DNA of 64,000 bases from Halarcobacter sp. (GTDB lineage Bacteria > Campylobacterota > Campylobacteria > Campylobacterales > Arcobacteraceae). The position numbers and the translations under genes were made by a program. The stretch is taken from positions 2,592,001 through 2,656,000 of the forward strand of contig OY781089.1 in the NCBI GenBank assembly GCA_963676565.1, read 5' to 3'. Below the pieces are notes generated by a model, which had not been told where the DNA came from, did not search any database, and was given only the letters and a program-made list of their open reading frames with translations. Below are positions 1-8,957 of the stretch, one piece after another; the first letter of the stretch is position 1; the number at the start of each line of letters is the position of its first letter.

Positions 1-464
1 AAATCATCTCTTAACAACTCTTGCACTTGTAAAGATAAGGCCAAGGATAAATCAGTATGAATACTTCTTTCATGAAACTCATCAAAAATAATCATCGCTA
101 CATCTTCCAAAGATTGGTCAGATTGAAGTTTTCTCACAAGTATTGCTTCTGTTACAACAAGAAGTTTTGTTTGTTTTGAATAACAACTTTCCATTTTAAC
201 TTGATAACCAATACTTTGACCTAATTCTTCTCCAAGTAGTTTTGCCATTTGTTGAGCTACCATTCTAGCTGCTACACGTCTAGGTTCTAGCATAATAATC
301 ATCTTAGAGTTATCATCAGAATGAAGCCATGATTCTTTTAATAAAGAGATTGGAACAACTGTACTTTTTCCAGCTCCTGGAGGAGCTTCAAGTATAAGTT
401 TTGAATTTTGATTTAATGTTTGTTTTATTTCATCTAAAACACTATATATAGGTAAACTTGTCAT
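1..464 (-). CDS. hrpB: ATP-dependent helicase HrpB, N-terminal part (runs off window start)
   Basis: Manual translation from ATG at 464: MTSLPIYSVLDEIKQTL...LEAPPGAGKST (Walker A), LEPRRVAAR, IIFDEFHER (DEAH-box type motif). Confidence 0.85.
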   Translation of the reverse strand, partial: MTSLPIYSVLDEIKQTLNQNSKLILEAPPGAGKSTVVPISLLKESWLHSDDNSKMIIMLEPRRVAARMVAQQMAKLLGEELGQSIGYQVKMESCYSKQTKLLVVTEAILVRKLQSDQSLEDVAMIIFDEFHERSIHTDLSLALSLQVQELLRDD

Positions 465-513
465 ATAAAATATTATACTTAGAAAACTCTCATACTTTTC
501 TAAATATGCAAGT

Positions 514-1821
514 TTAGATTTTTCTTTCTTTTATAAATTCAATAACTTTTTTTGCACTTTCTTTTGAACCATATAAAGAGCTATCAAGAGTTATATGATA
601 GTTAGTAGCATCTCTCCAATCCTTTTTTGTAAAATGCATACAATAATTTGCTCTTTTTTCATCAGAGTCTTTTAAATCATTATCCCCAAAAGGTGATTTT
701 GCTTTGTAGATTTTATTTATTTTATCTTTTCTATATTCATTATTAGCATGGATAAAAACATTTATGCAATTTGGATGATCTTTTAAAATAAAATTTGCAC
801 AACGACCTACAATAACACAAGACTCTTTTTCACAAATATCTCTTATAATCTTACTTTGAATTAAAAAAAGTACATCTTTAGGTGGTAATTCATCATTTAC
901 ATAATTAAAGTTTTGTTCATATAAATCATACAATAAAGAGTTTGTGAGTTTTTGTTCATTTTCTTGAATATATTCATGGGTATAACCTGTTTTCTGCGAA
1001 GTTAAATCAATTAACTCTTTATCATAAAAAGCAACTCCTAGCTCTTTTGCTATATATTTACCTATTTCATGTCCACCACTACCATATTCTCTTGAGATAG
1101 TAATCACAAAAGTATTGTTATATTTATCACTAATATCTTCAATATCTGATTCTTTTGTAACTTCATCAGCAAGCCAATTTTCAATAAAAGGTAGCTTTGT
1201 ACTAAAATATTTTATCATTGCTCCTATTAATAAAGCAGCAATAATACTACCTTCTCTAATTCCAACTAAATGATTTAAGAAAATAAAAGAACTGATAACT
1301 CCTAAAATCACCATCAAAGTATCCATAGATATCTTTATTTTTCCAAACTCTTTTTTGAAGGTTTTAGATATAACGACTACTAAGCCTTCCAAAGGAAGAT
1401 ATGTAAGTCTTGATTTAACTACAAGGAAAATACCAAAGGCTAATACAGCACAAGAGATTAAACATAAGATTAATTGTTCTATATAATTTGAAGGTATTAA
1501 ACTCTCTACTAAAAACATTGCAACATCAATGCAATATCCAAATACTATAATTGCAGGAAGTTGTACCAATTGAAAAGGATTGTATTTTTTACGAAGTATT
1601 GCTATTTGAATCCCCATAAATAAGACATTTAATAGTATTGTAAACTGTCCAATAGTTAAGGGAAAATATACACTATAAATATATGGTACACATGATATTG
1701 GGGATACTCCTATATCTGCTTTAACGGAAAATGAAACTCCAAATGACATAATAAAAAGTCCCACAATAAATACAAAAAGCCTTTTAAATAAATTTATATT
1801 GATAATATTTTCTTTTTTCAT
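514..1821 (-). CDS. YitT/YczE-like membrane protein fused to a cytidylate kinase-like domain
   Basis: Hydrophobic N-terminal half with GVSP and IREGSII motifs; C-terminal ITISREYGSGGHEIG P-loop and CVIVGRCA. Confidence 0.75.
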   Translation of the reverse strand: MKKENIININLFKRLFVFIVGLFIMSFGVSFSVKADIGVSPISCVPYIYSVYFPLTIGQFTILLNVLFMGIQIAILRKKYNPFQLVQLPAIIVFGYCIDVAMFLVESLIPSNYIEQLILCLISCAVLAFGIFLVVKSRLTYLPLEGLVVVISKTFKKEFGKIKISMDTLMVILGVISSFIFLNHLVGIREGSIIAALLIGAMIKYFSTKLPFIENWLADEVTKESDIEDISDKYNNTFVITISREYGSGGHEIGKYIAKELGVAFYDKELIDLTSQKTGYTHEYIQENEQKLTNSLLYDLYEQNFNYVNDELPPKDVLFLIQSKIIRDICEKESCVIVGRCANFILKDHPNCINVFIHANNEYRKDKINKIYKAKSPFGDNDLKDSDEKRANYCMHFTKKDWRDATNYHITLDSSLYGSKESAKKVIEFIKERKI

Positions 1822-1840
1822 CTTTCTCTTTTCTTAAAAT

Positions 1841-1857
1841 AACTGTACAGTACGGTT
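1841..1857. promoter_or_regulatory. Candidate TetR operator
   Basis: Near-perfect palindrome AACTGTAC-A-GTACGGTT in the divergent intergenic region upstream of the TetR gene. Confidence 0.55.
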
Positions 1858-1918
1858 TAATTAAAGGGATATTATCCATTTAAATGTTAATATTACTTTA
1901 ATAAATAGGAATAGTTTA

Positions 1919-2527
1919 ATGAGAAAGAAAACAGAAGAAAAAAAAGAAGAGATAATAAAAGCTGCTAAAGAGGTTTTTAAAGAGTTTGGTTTTGAAAAAG
2001 CCTCAATGTCAAAAATAAGTTCAAAGCTTGGTGGATCTAAAGCAACACTGTATAACTACTTCTCTTCAAAAGAAGAACTTTTTTTTGAAGTTATTTCTAT
2101 TGCAAATGCCCAAGAAAGTGATTTTGTACATCAAATTATAGATACTAAAAATGAAACCCTTGATATTCATACCCAACTATACGAATTTGGAAAAAGGTTT
2201 ATAAATTTTGTATATTCTCAAAAAATGGTTGAAATAAGAAGACTCACAATAAGTCAATCAGAGATAACAAACCTAGGTAGAATTACGTATAAAAACCGAG
2301 TATTAAAAAGTCGAGAAATACTTTCTAAATATTTAGAAAAAGCAATAAAGTTTAATAAAATAAAAAAAACAGATACAAATATAGCAGCAATACATTTTTT
2401 TGGACTTTTAGAATCGGAGTTGATGTATCCATTTCTTTTTCAAGTTGATACAAATTTTTCAAAAAAACATATGGATGAGATGGCTGAAAGGGCAATTGAT
2501 ATTTTTATATTAGCATATGGCGTCTAA
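1919..2527 (+). CDS. TetR/AcrR family transcriptional regulator
   Basis: N-terminal HTH AAKEVFKEFGFEKASMSKISSKLGGSKATLYNYFSSKEELF. Confidence 0.9.
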   Translation: MRKKTEEKKEEIIKAAKEVFKEFGFEKASMSKISSKLGGSKATLYNYFSSKEELFFEVISIANAQESDFVHQIIDTKNETLDIHTQLYEFGKRFINFVYSQKMVEIRRLTISQSEITNLGRITYKNRVLKSREILSKYLEKAIKFNKIKKTDTNIAAIHFFGLLESELMYPFLFQVDTNFSKKHMDEMAERAIDIFILAYGV

Positions 2528-2542
2528 GACTTCATATAGCTA

Positions 2543-3772
2543 TTATAATAACCCCTGCTCTCTTAACTTATCTTTTTTACTTTTTCTTTTACCTTTTATT
2601 GGTGCACTTCCTTTTTGTTTTGTAGTATTTGAAATAGTAAAATCAAAGCCATCTATTTGCTCTTTTTTTATATCTAATTTATATCTTTTTTCTATTAGTT
2701 TAAAGTGGTTTAGATTTTCATTATCTAAAAAAGATATAGCTGTTCCACTTTTCCCTGCTCTTGCTGTTCTTCCTATTCTATGAATATAATCTTCTGTACT
2801 TCTTGGCAAATCAAAATTTACAACACAATCAATATCATCAATATGCAAACCCCTTGATGCAATATCAGTGGAAAAAAGTATATCTATCTTTTTATTTTTA
2901 AAATCATTTAGAGTTAGACTTCTCTCCTCTTGGGTTAAATCTCCATGAAAAGATTCAGCCTCATATCCTTTTTTGATAAACTTATTTGCAATATTATCTG
3001 CTGCTCTTTTATTTGCCATAAAAACCAATACTGATTTAAAGTTATTCTCTTTTATTAGATGTCTTAAAAGCGCACTTCTATCCTCTTTTTTTACAAATAT
3101 TGCCCTTTGAGTTATCTCTTTCACATTTGTATTTGAATCTTCGATTTCTACTTTTAAGGCTTTGCTAGTTATCTTTGAAGATATATCAATAACTTTTGGT
3201 GAATATGTTGCAGAAAATAAAAGATTTTGTCTATTCTTTGGAATAATCTTTAAAATCTCATCAAGTTCTTGAACAAAACCTAAATCAAGCATCTTATCAG
3301 CTTCATCTAAAACAAAATATTCAATAGTAGATAAATCAATTTGCTTTTTACCTATAATATCAAGAAGTCTTCCTGAAGTTGCAACTACTATATCACACCC
3401 CTTTTGTATCTTTAAAAGTTGTTCCCCTATCTTTTCTCCACCTATAATAGAAACTATAGAAAGGGCTTTTGGAAAATATTGACTAAGGTCTGAAAATGTT
3501 TGGGCAATTTGAAGAGTTAATTCCCTTGTTGGAGCTAAAACCAACACTTTTATTTTTGCTTTTTTTTGTGTTTTATTCTCTTTCAATGATTCTAAAATAG
3601 GAATAACAAAACTTGCAGTTTTACCACTTCCTGTTTTTGCCTGAGCCATAATATCTTGTTTTGTTTTTACAAGAGGGATTACCTTTGTTTGAATAGGAGT
3701 TGGAGTTTTATAATTGTTTTGCTCTAAAGATTTTGAAAGTTCTAAAGATAGATTGAATATATCAAATGACAA
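2543..3772 (-). CDS. DEAD-box RNA helicase (RhlE-like)
   Basis: Q motif, GSGKT, PTRELT, DEAD, SAT, HRIGRTARAG. Confidence 0.93.
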   Translation of the reverse strand: MSFDIFNLSLELSKSLEQNNYKTPTPIQTKVIPLVKTKQDIMAQAKTGSGKTASFVIPILESLKENKTQKKAKIKVLVLAPTRELTLQIAQTFSDLSQYFPKALSIVSIIGGEKIGEQLLKIQKGCDIVVATSGRLLDIIGKKQIDLSTIEYFVLDEADKMLDLGFVQELDEILKIIPKNRQNLLFSATYSPKVIDISSKITSKALKVEIEDSNTNVKEITQRAIFVKKEDRSALLRHLIKENNFKSVLVFMANKRAADNIANKFIKKGYEAESFHGDLTQEERSLTLNDFKNKKIDILFSTDIASRGLHIDDIDCVVNFDLPRSTEDYIHRIGRTARAGKSGTAISFLDNENLNHFKLIEKRYKLDIKKEQIDGFDFTISNTTKQKGSAPIKGKRKSKKDKLREQGLL

Positions 3773-3790
3773 GATTTTCCTTTTAGTTTA

Positions 3791-4084
3791 TTATATAGAT
3801 TTTTCAGAATTTTTAGAAATCTGAGTATTGTAAATATTTGCGACATGAATTAAACTTGTGACTTTAATTAGAGGTTTTATCAAAAGCTGTGCACTTCCAA
3901 CTATAAATAGCCAAGTTCCACTATTCATTAATGTATCATTTAAAAAGAAAAAGCTACCTGTTAAAAACCAAATAGCTATAAGCAAATCATTGAAAGCACC
4001 TAAAAACTCATAACGTCTTTGTATAACAATATGCTGATTTCCAACATCTACATCAAGTTCATTTTCTTTTTCATAAAAATTCAA
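3791..4084 (-). CDS. YrhK family membrane protein
   Basis: NDLLIAIWFLTGSFFF...GTWLFIVGSAQLLIKP pattern. Confidence 0.7.
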   Translation of the reverse strand: MNFYEKENELDVDVGNQHIVIQRRYEFLGAFNDLLIAIWFLTGSFFFLNDTLMNSGTWLFIVGSAQLLIKPLIKVTSLIHVANIYNTQISKNSEKSI

Positions 4085-4102
4085 TTTTTCTCCTCAATTC
4101 TT

Positions 4103-4450
4103 TTATTCACCATTTAATACAGACATTACAGTTGCCCTACTTGTTTTTAGTTCTTTTGTAATTTTAGCAATATTTATATCACCATTATCATTGTAATATT
4201 CTTCATCATCTAACATTCTTAAGATCTCATCTTTTTTATCAAGTATCTCCTGAGAACTATCTCTTTTAGCAAATGTAAAATCCTCTTCACTCATAGTTTC
4301 CATAGCTACTAAATCTCTTTTTATAGTTTGAACTGTAACCTTAAGCTCTTTTGCTAAATCCTTTGGGTCTTCAATTCCTCTTAAGATTAAATCTCTTATG
4401 GCAATTCTTCTTGTTTTCATTTTTCTTCTACGATGATATGAGATTTTCAT
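4103..4450 (-). CDS. Small HTH-domain protein
   Basis: LAKELKVTVQTIKRDL (DeoR-like HTH) and a second HTH-like segment ITKELKTSRATV. Confidence 0.55.
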   Translation of the reverse strand: MKISYHRRRKMKTRRIAIRDLILRGIEDPKDLAKELKVTVQTIKRDLVAMETMSEEDFTFAKRDSSQEILDKKDEILRMLDDEEYYNDNGDINIAKITKELKTSRATVMSVLNGE

Positions 4451-4458
4451 TTATGTCC

Positions 4459-5220
4459 TCATTTTTTAGTTGATAAACTTATAAACCACAAATTACAAAT
4501 ATGTTTATAAATAGTTATATATGATTCAAGTTTTAAGATATCTTTTTTTGTAAAAGTTTTTAGGTACTTTTTCAATAGATATCTTTTTTCATTTTTATCT
4601 AAATCAAATTCAAAACAAATAGTTGCAAGGTCAAAAAATGCATCATTTAAACCTACATATTCCCAATCAATAAACTTAATATCTTTTTTATAAAAAAGAA
4701 TATTTTGAGGGTTTAAATCGTGATGGCATATAACTAATCTTTTTTTATATTTTTCTAAATTTTTTAACTCTTTTTTACATATCTTTAGACTATTTTTTGC
4801 CTCTTTTGTTTTTAGATAATTGTAATTTTTCAACTCTTTTTTTAAATTCAATTTTTTTGATTTAATCTTAATATTATGAAGTTTTTTTAAAGTTATAATT
4901 AAAGCTTTTAAATCCTCTTTATCTAATTTAGTTTTGTGCTTGCCTTTTAAAAAATTATAAATCATAAAACTTTTATTTTTATCAAGATAAATTGGTTTTG
5001 AAGCAATACCTTCTTTATAAGCTTTTTTTTGAATCTTATACTCAAAATCTCTACTTATATTTACAGTTGCATCACTTCTAAACTCCCTTAAAACATAAGT
5101 GTTTTTTGAAGTTTTCAACTCATAGTTTATATTACAAAAACCTTGATTTTTCAATGGTTCAAGAGTTAAAACCTCTTCATTTTTAAATATCTTATAATCT
5201 TGAAGTTTCTGTATTATCAT
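4459..5220 (-). CDS. Choline/thiamine kinase-like phosphotransferase (APH family)
   Basis: CHHDLNPQN and FIDWEY motifs; start placed at ATG 5220, overlapping the pnuC-family stop. Confidence 0.8.
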   Translation of the reverse strand: MIIQKLQDYKIFKNEEVLTLEPLKNQGFCNINYELKTSKNTYVLREFRSDATVNISRDFEYKIQKKAYKEGIASKPIYLDKNKSFMIYNFLKGKHKTKLDKEDLKALIITLKKLHNIKIKSKKLNLKKELKNYNYLKTKEAKNSLKICKKELKNLEKYKKRLVICHHDLNPQNILFYKKDIKFIDWEYVGLNDAFFDLATICFEFDLDKNEKRYLLKKYLKTFTKKDILKLESYITIYKHICNLWFISLSTKK

Positions 5221-5809
5221 ACTCTTTTTTCCAGTTTTGATATGCAACAAATGCTAATATAGTGTAAATCATAAATAAAACAGCTGTTAGATTTAAACCT
5301 TTTTGAATATAGATGTAAATAGAAACAATATCAATAACTATCCAATATATCCAATTTTCTATAATCTTTTTTGCAAGCATATAAGTTGAAAAGACTGCAA
5401 ATACTGTTGTAAAAGAATCAACATAAGCAAAATCAGCACTAGTATAATTTGCCATAACATATCCAAAACCTAAAGAGATAATACTTAAAACTATAATGAT
5501 TTGAATATTTTTACTTAAACCAAATGTTGATACTTCTAACTCTTGTTGTTCTAATTTACCACCAAATTTCCATGAATACCAACCATAAACTGCCATAATA
5601 AGATAATAAGCATTTAAAGCTGAATCCATAAGTAATGATACATCATAAAAAAGTATTGTATAAATAAGTGTTGAGACAAAGGCAGCTGGCCAACACCAAA
5701 GGCTTTGTTTTATTGCTAAAACTATGTAAGCTATTGCTAAAATCATAGCAATAGCTTCATAAGTAGTCATTACATTTAATGACTCAATTACTGTTTGCAT
5801 AAATTCCAA
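5192..5809 (-). CDS. pnuC: PnuC family vitamin transporter
   Basis: WCWPAAFVS, YGWYSW, DSFTT, ENWIYWIVID motifs. Confidence 0.85.
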   Translation of the reverse strand: MEFMQTVIESLNVMTTYEAIAMILAIAYIVLAIKQSLWCWPAAFVSTLIYTILFYDVSLLMDSALNAYYLIMAVYGWYSWKFGGKLEQQELEVSTFGLSKNIQIIIVLSIISLGFGYVMANYTSADFAYVDSFTTVFAVFSTYMLAKKIIENWIYWIVIDIVSIYIYIQKGLNLTAVLFMIYTILAFVAYQNWKKEYDNTETSRL

Positions 5810-5883
5810 AGTATATAATCCTCTATATTTTTTTAAATGGATTTTAATTAAATATACTGAGAATCATATAAAATAAAGAAAAT

Positions 5884-6846
5884 TTATTTCAAAATATGAG
5901 TTCTATCTTTACTTGATTTAACTCTTCCTGTTTTTATGGTGTTAAATATATGTTCAAAAACTTTCCCTGGGTTTCCTTTTTTATTTGTTAGAAAATATGA
6001 ATGACCTTTTGGATAATCATATTTATTACTCAATTCTTCACAATCAATTGAATAAACATTTTTTTGAACTTTTGATATATCTTCAGGGCCTGTATGGCCT
6101 AATCTTCTTGATGCAATTCTATTTTTTAGATTTGATACTTTACTAGCTCTTAAAGCCAGGTCACTAGATGAAAAGTAAACTGAAACATTGCTACTTGATT
6201 GACTTATAAATCTTCCTTTTTTATCCTCTTCCAAAGATTCATTTACAATATCTGCAGCCACTAAAAAGCTATGTCTAAATAAAAGAGGAACCCCATTTGC
6301 TAAATCATATCTATTCCATTGGTGTAAAGTTTCCCTATAAACTCTATTTCCCATAGAATGACTTAATACACTTATTCTTTTTAAACATATATCTTCATCT
6401 TTTGTGTAAGCATCTCTCCATTTCATAAACTTTTGAAGCACTCTTGCAAATGAAAAAGAACTAACATCTGCTGATTTTTGATCATCCCAATAATCTTTTA
6501 TAATACCTTTGTCATTATCACATGGCCAAATTATAGGTATCACTAGAACTAAGTCTTTCTCTTTTTCATCAAATAACTTTTGGAGAGTTTTAACTCTAGG
6601 AAAGATATCATTTTCTGGAAGATTAGAAAATCCATGAATAAAAAGAAGTATATTTTTAGCTTTTGACAATTTTAATTGTTTCATTAGGTTTGTTGAACCA
6701 ATTTCCATATAATCATTTTCGCTATTTCTTTCACAATAATATACTGAATTAGAAGGTGCATTTTTATCTAAATCAAAATCATACTTTACCCCTGCAGTTT
6801 GCTTTGCAAAGCTACCTTTTGGCTCTCTATTTGTTATAAAATACAT
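5884..6846 (-). CDS. DUF900-like alpha/beta hydrolase
   Basis: FITNR N-terminus, LFIHGF, SHSMGN nucleophile elbow, RLG and HSYF. Confidence 0.8.
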   Translation of the reverse strand: MYFITNREPKGSFAKQTAGVKYDFDLDKNAPSNSVYYCERNSENDYMEIGSTNLMKQLKLSKAKNILLFIHGFSNLPENDIFPRVKTLQKLFDEKEKDLVLVIPIIWPCDNDKGIIKDYWDDQKSADVSSFSFARVLQKFMKWRDAYTKDEDICLKRISVLSHSMGNRVYRETLHQWNRYDLANGVPLLFRHSFLVAADIVNESLEEDKKGRFISQSSSNVSVYFSSSDLALRASKVSNLKNRIASRRLGHTGPEDISKVQKNVYSIDCEELSNKYDYPKGHSYFLTNKKGNPGKVFEHIFNTIKTGRVKSSKDRTHILK

Positions 6847-7035
6847 ACTTTTCTCCTTTATTTTGTTACTTTAGAAATCAGTTCCTTTTGAAGATATAGT
6901 TTTTAATAAATTTTATAAATAATGAATAATTTTATATATTATAACAATATTTATATTCTTTTAAGTAATTTTTTTAGTAATTAATTAAATATTTTTAAAA
7001 AAGCTTATGTATTTGTTTAATTGATAAATTTAAAT

Positions 7036-7062
7036 TAGGCTAAAATAATTTTCTTTAGCCTA
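7036..7062. terminator. Hairpin, probable intrinsic terminator
   Basis: TAGGCTAAA-N9-TTTAGCCTA just after the stop of the 7068-7580 gene. Confidence 0.5.
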
Positions 7063-7067
7063 GTTTT

Positions 7068-7580
7068 TTATAAGATTTTGTTTATATCTTCGATTAGTTT
7101 TTGTGAGTTTTCATCTAATTTTGTATTAGAGTTTTTTGAAATAAAATCTTCTATACCTGAAGTTCTCATAGAAAATTGTTTTGAATATTTAATTATCTCT
7201 TCATCTAAGTTACTAACTCCAGCTTTTGTTTGAACTAAATAGATATTGAAACTATTATCTTCTATTGTGAATTTTACATGGTTAAAATAAACCTTTGCAT
7301 CTTTAAATATCAAATCTAAGGTAAGTGTATCTTTTCTAAAAAAAGGAAAGGCTTGTTGTGCTTCTCCTAAAACTTCTGTGATTAGATAATAAGCTAAAGT
7401 ATCAGGTGTCAAGTTATCAGTACTAATTCTTTTTTCCTGTTTATTAAAGTATTCATCAACTAATCTAATAAAAAAATTAGATGACATAACACCAATATCT
7501 TTTAATATTACACAATTTATGTATTCATAAACTAAATGTGCATTCTCTTTTATAAATGCTTTCAGCTCTTTTTCTTGCAT
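7068..7580 (-). CDS. Hypothetical protein
   Basis: 170-aa ORF with AGGA RBS; no motif recognised. Confidence 0.65.
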   Translation of the reverse strand: MQEKELKAFIKENAHLVYEYINCVILKDIGVMSSNFFIRLVDEYFNKQEKRISTDNLTPDTLAYYLITEVLGEAQQAFPFFRKDTLTLDLIFKDAKVYFNHVKFTIEDNSFNIYLVQTKAGVSNLDEEIIKYSKQFSMRTSGIEDFISKNSNTKLDENSQKLIEDINKIL

Positions 7581-7736
7581 TTTTGTTTCCTATAAAAATA
7601 TATTTATTTAAAAAAAAGATTTTATCTAATTAGTTGTTAAATAGTTAAAATGTAGATTTTAAACTAACTTCTAAAAATATTTTGCTTAGTGGTACTAAAA
7701 TTGCATATACAAAAAGATTAAGAAAAGGAATATATT

Positions 7737-8207
7737 ATGCAAGATTTTATTGATATGTACAAAGAAACTTATCAGATTAAACAGCAAATTAAACTCGATG
7801 AATCACTAAACCAAGGTGATATACAAATTATTGAAGATGGATATAAAATAAATGCTAGCAAAGATGCTGATGTTTTAGAGATATTAGGGAAAATAAAACT
7901 TCACACAATAGTTAAAGATGATAGAGTATTTAATCCAACAACTAATTTTATGGAAATCATTGTTTTAGCTTGGATATATAAAACTATGTCAACTGTTTTA
8001 GAAGTTTTAGAGATGGATTTATTACTTGAAAAACTTTTAATAAAAAAAGAACATGATCCAATAGCCTCATATGCCGTACTTAAAATACTTGAAGCTAATC
8101 CCCTACTTTCAGGAGCAGATTCTAGTATGATAGATCACTATCTAACAATGGAGCTTACAAGCGAACTAATGAATCAAATGGAAGATAAAAAAGAAGAAGT
8201 TAATTAA
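7737..8207 (+). CDS. Hypothetical protein
   Basis: 156-aa ORF with AAGGA RBS. Confidence 0.65.
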   Translation: MQDFIDMYKETYQIKQQIKLDESLNQGDIQIIEDGYKINASKDADVLEILGKIKLHTIVKDDRVFNPTTNFMEIIVLAWIYKTMSTVLEVLEMDLLLEKLLIKKEHDPIASYAVLKILEANPLLSGADSSMIDHYLTMELTSELMNQMEDKKEEVN

Positions 8208-8347
8208 GATTCTTCTGATGAGTCAGAACTTGATTCCTCAGATTTACTCTCTTTTAAAGATTCTTTCTTTTTACGCTTTTCTTCTTTTTTTCTAAGTTTT
8301 TCTAACTCTTTTGCTCTTTTTTCATAATTGTAATTAGTTTTAGCCAT
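8204..8347 (-). CDS. Small charged protein (47 aa), not in ORF track
   Basis: MAKTNYNYEKRAKELEKLRKKEEKRKKKESLKESKSEESSSDSSEES*, preceded by AAGGA RBS. Confidence 0.7.
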   Translation of the reverse strand: MAKTNYNYEKRAKELEKLRKKEEKRKKKESLKESKSEESSSDSSEES

Positions 8348-8530
8348 TCACTATCCTTGTTGTGTTTTATAAATTGGTAAAACAATAATTATTTTTAATA
8401 TTAAAAATATAGTAAATGCTCTAAAAATCTATGTTTTGTTATATTATATAGTGTAGCGTAGCTTAATGGCATTTTGTCTTAAGTATAAAAACTTATTAGC
8501 TTCAAAATAAAAATATTAATTTTAATAATA

Positions 8531-8600
8531 TGTATATATACAAAGTAATACTATTTAAACACTTAATATTTTGTATAAATACAAAGTATTATGATATAAT
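8531..8600 (+). promoter_or_regulatory. hipBA-like promoter with two palindromic operators
   Basis: TGTATATATACA (8531-8542) and TTTGTATAAATACAAA (8570-8585), followed by extended -10 TGATATAAT (8592-8600). Confidence 0.6.
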
Positions 8601-8618
8601 ATTTCAAAAGGAGTTCTT

Positions 8619-8957
8619 ATGGATTTTAACTTATTAACAAATGAAGATATTATAAAAGAACTTGGTAAAAACTATGAAGAGTTAAGACTTCAAAAAAGAC
8701 TTTCTGATGATGATGTTCATAAAAAAGGTGGTGTTAGTATTGATGCCATCCAAAGACTAAAAAATGGTTCTAATATAAACTTATTAAATTTTATAAAGAT
8801 TTTAAGAGGACTTGGAGAGTTAGACAAGCTTCAAAAACTACTTGAAGTAAAAGAGGAGTTTAGTATTCAAGAAAAAGTAAAAAACACTAAACCCAAAAGA
8901 ATATTCAAATCTAAAAAAGATACCAATAGTGACTTTATTTGGGGAGAAGATAAATGA
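8619..8957 (+). CDS. XRE/HipB-like HTH antitoxin
   Basis: ELRLQKRLS...GGVSIDAIQRLKNG...LLNFIKILRGLG; ATGA overlap with the hipA-like gene. Confidence 0.75.
   Translation: MDFNLLTNEDIIKELGKNYEELRLQKRLSDDDVHKKGGVSIDAIQRLKNGSNINLLNFIKILRGLGELDKLQKLLEVKEEFSIQEKVKNTKPKRIFKSKKDTNSDFIWGEDK

Noticed and set aside
5810..5883. TPP or NAD riboswitch upstream of the pnuC-family gene
   Set aside because: Short AT-rich spacer with no recognisable aptamer motif.
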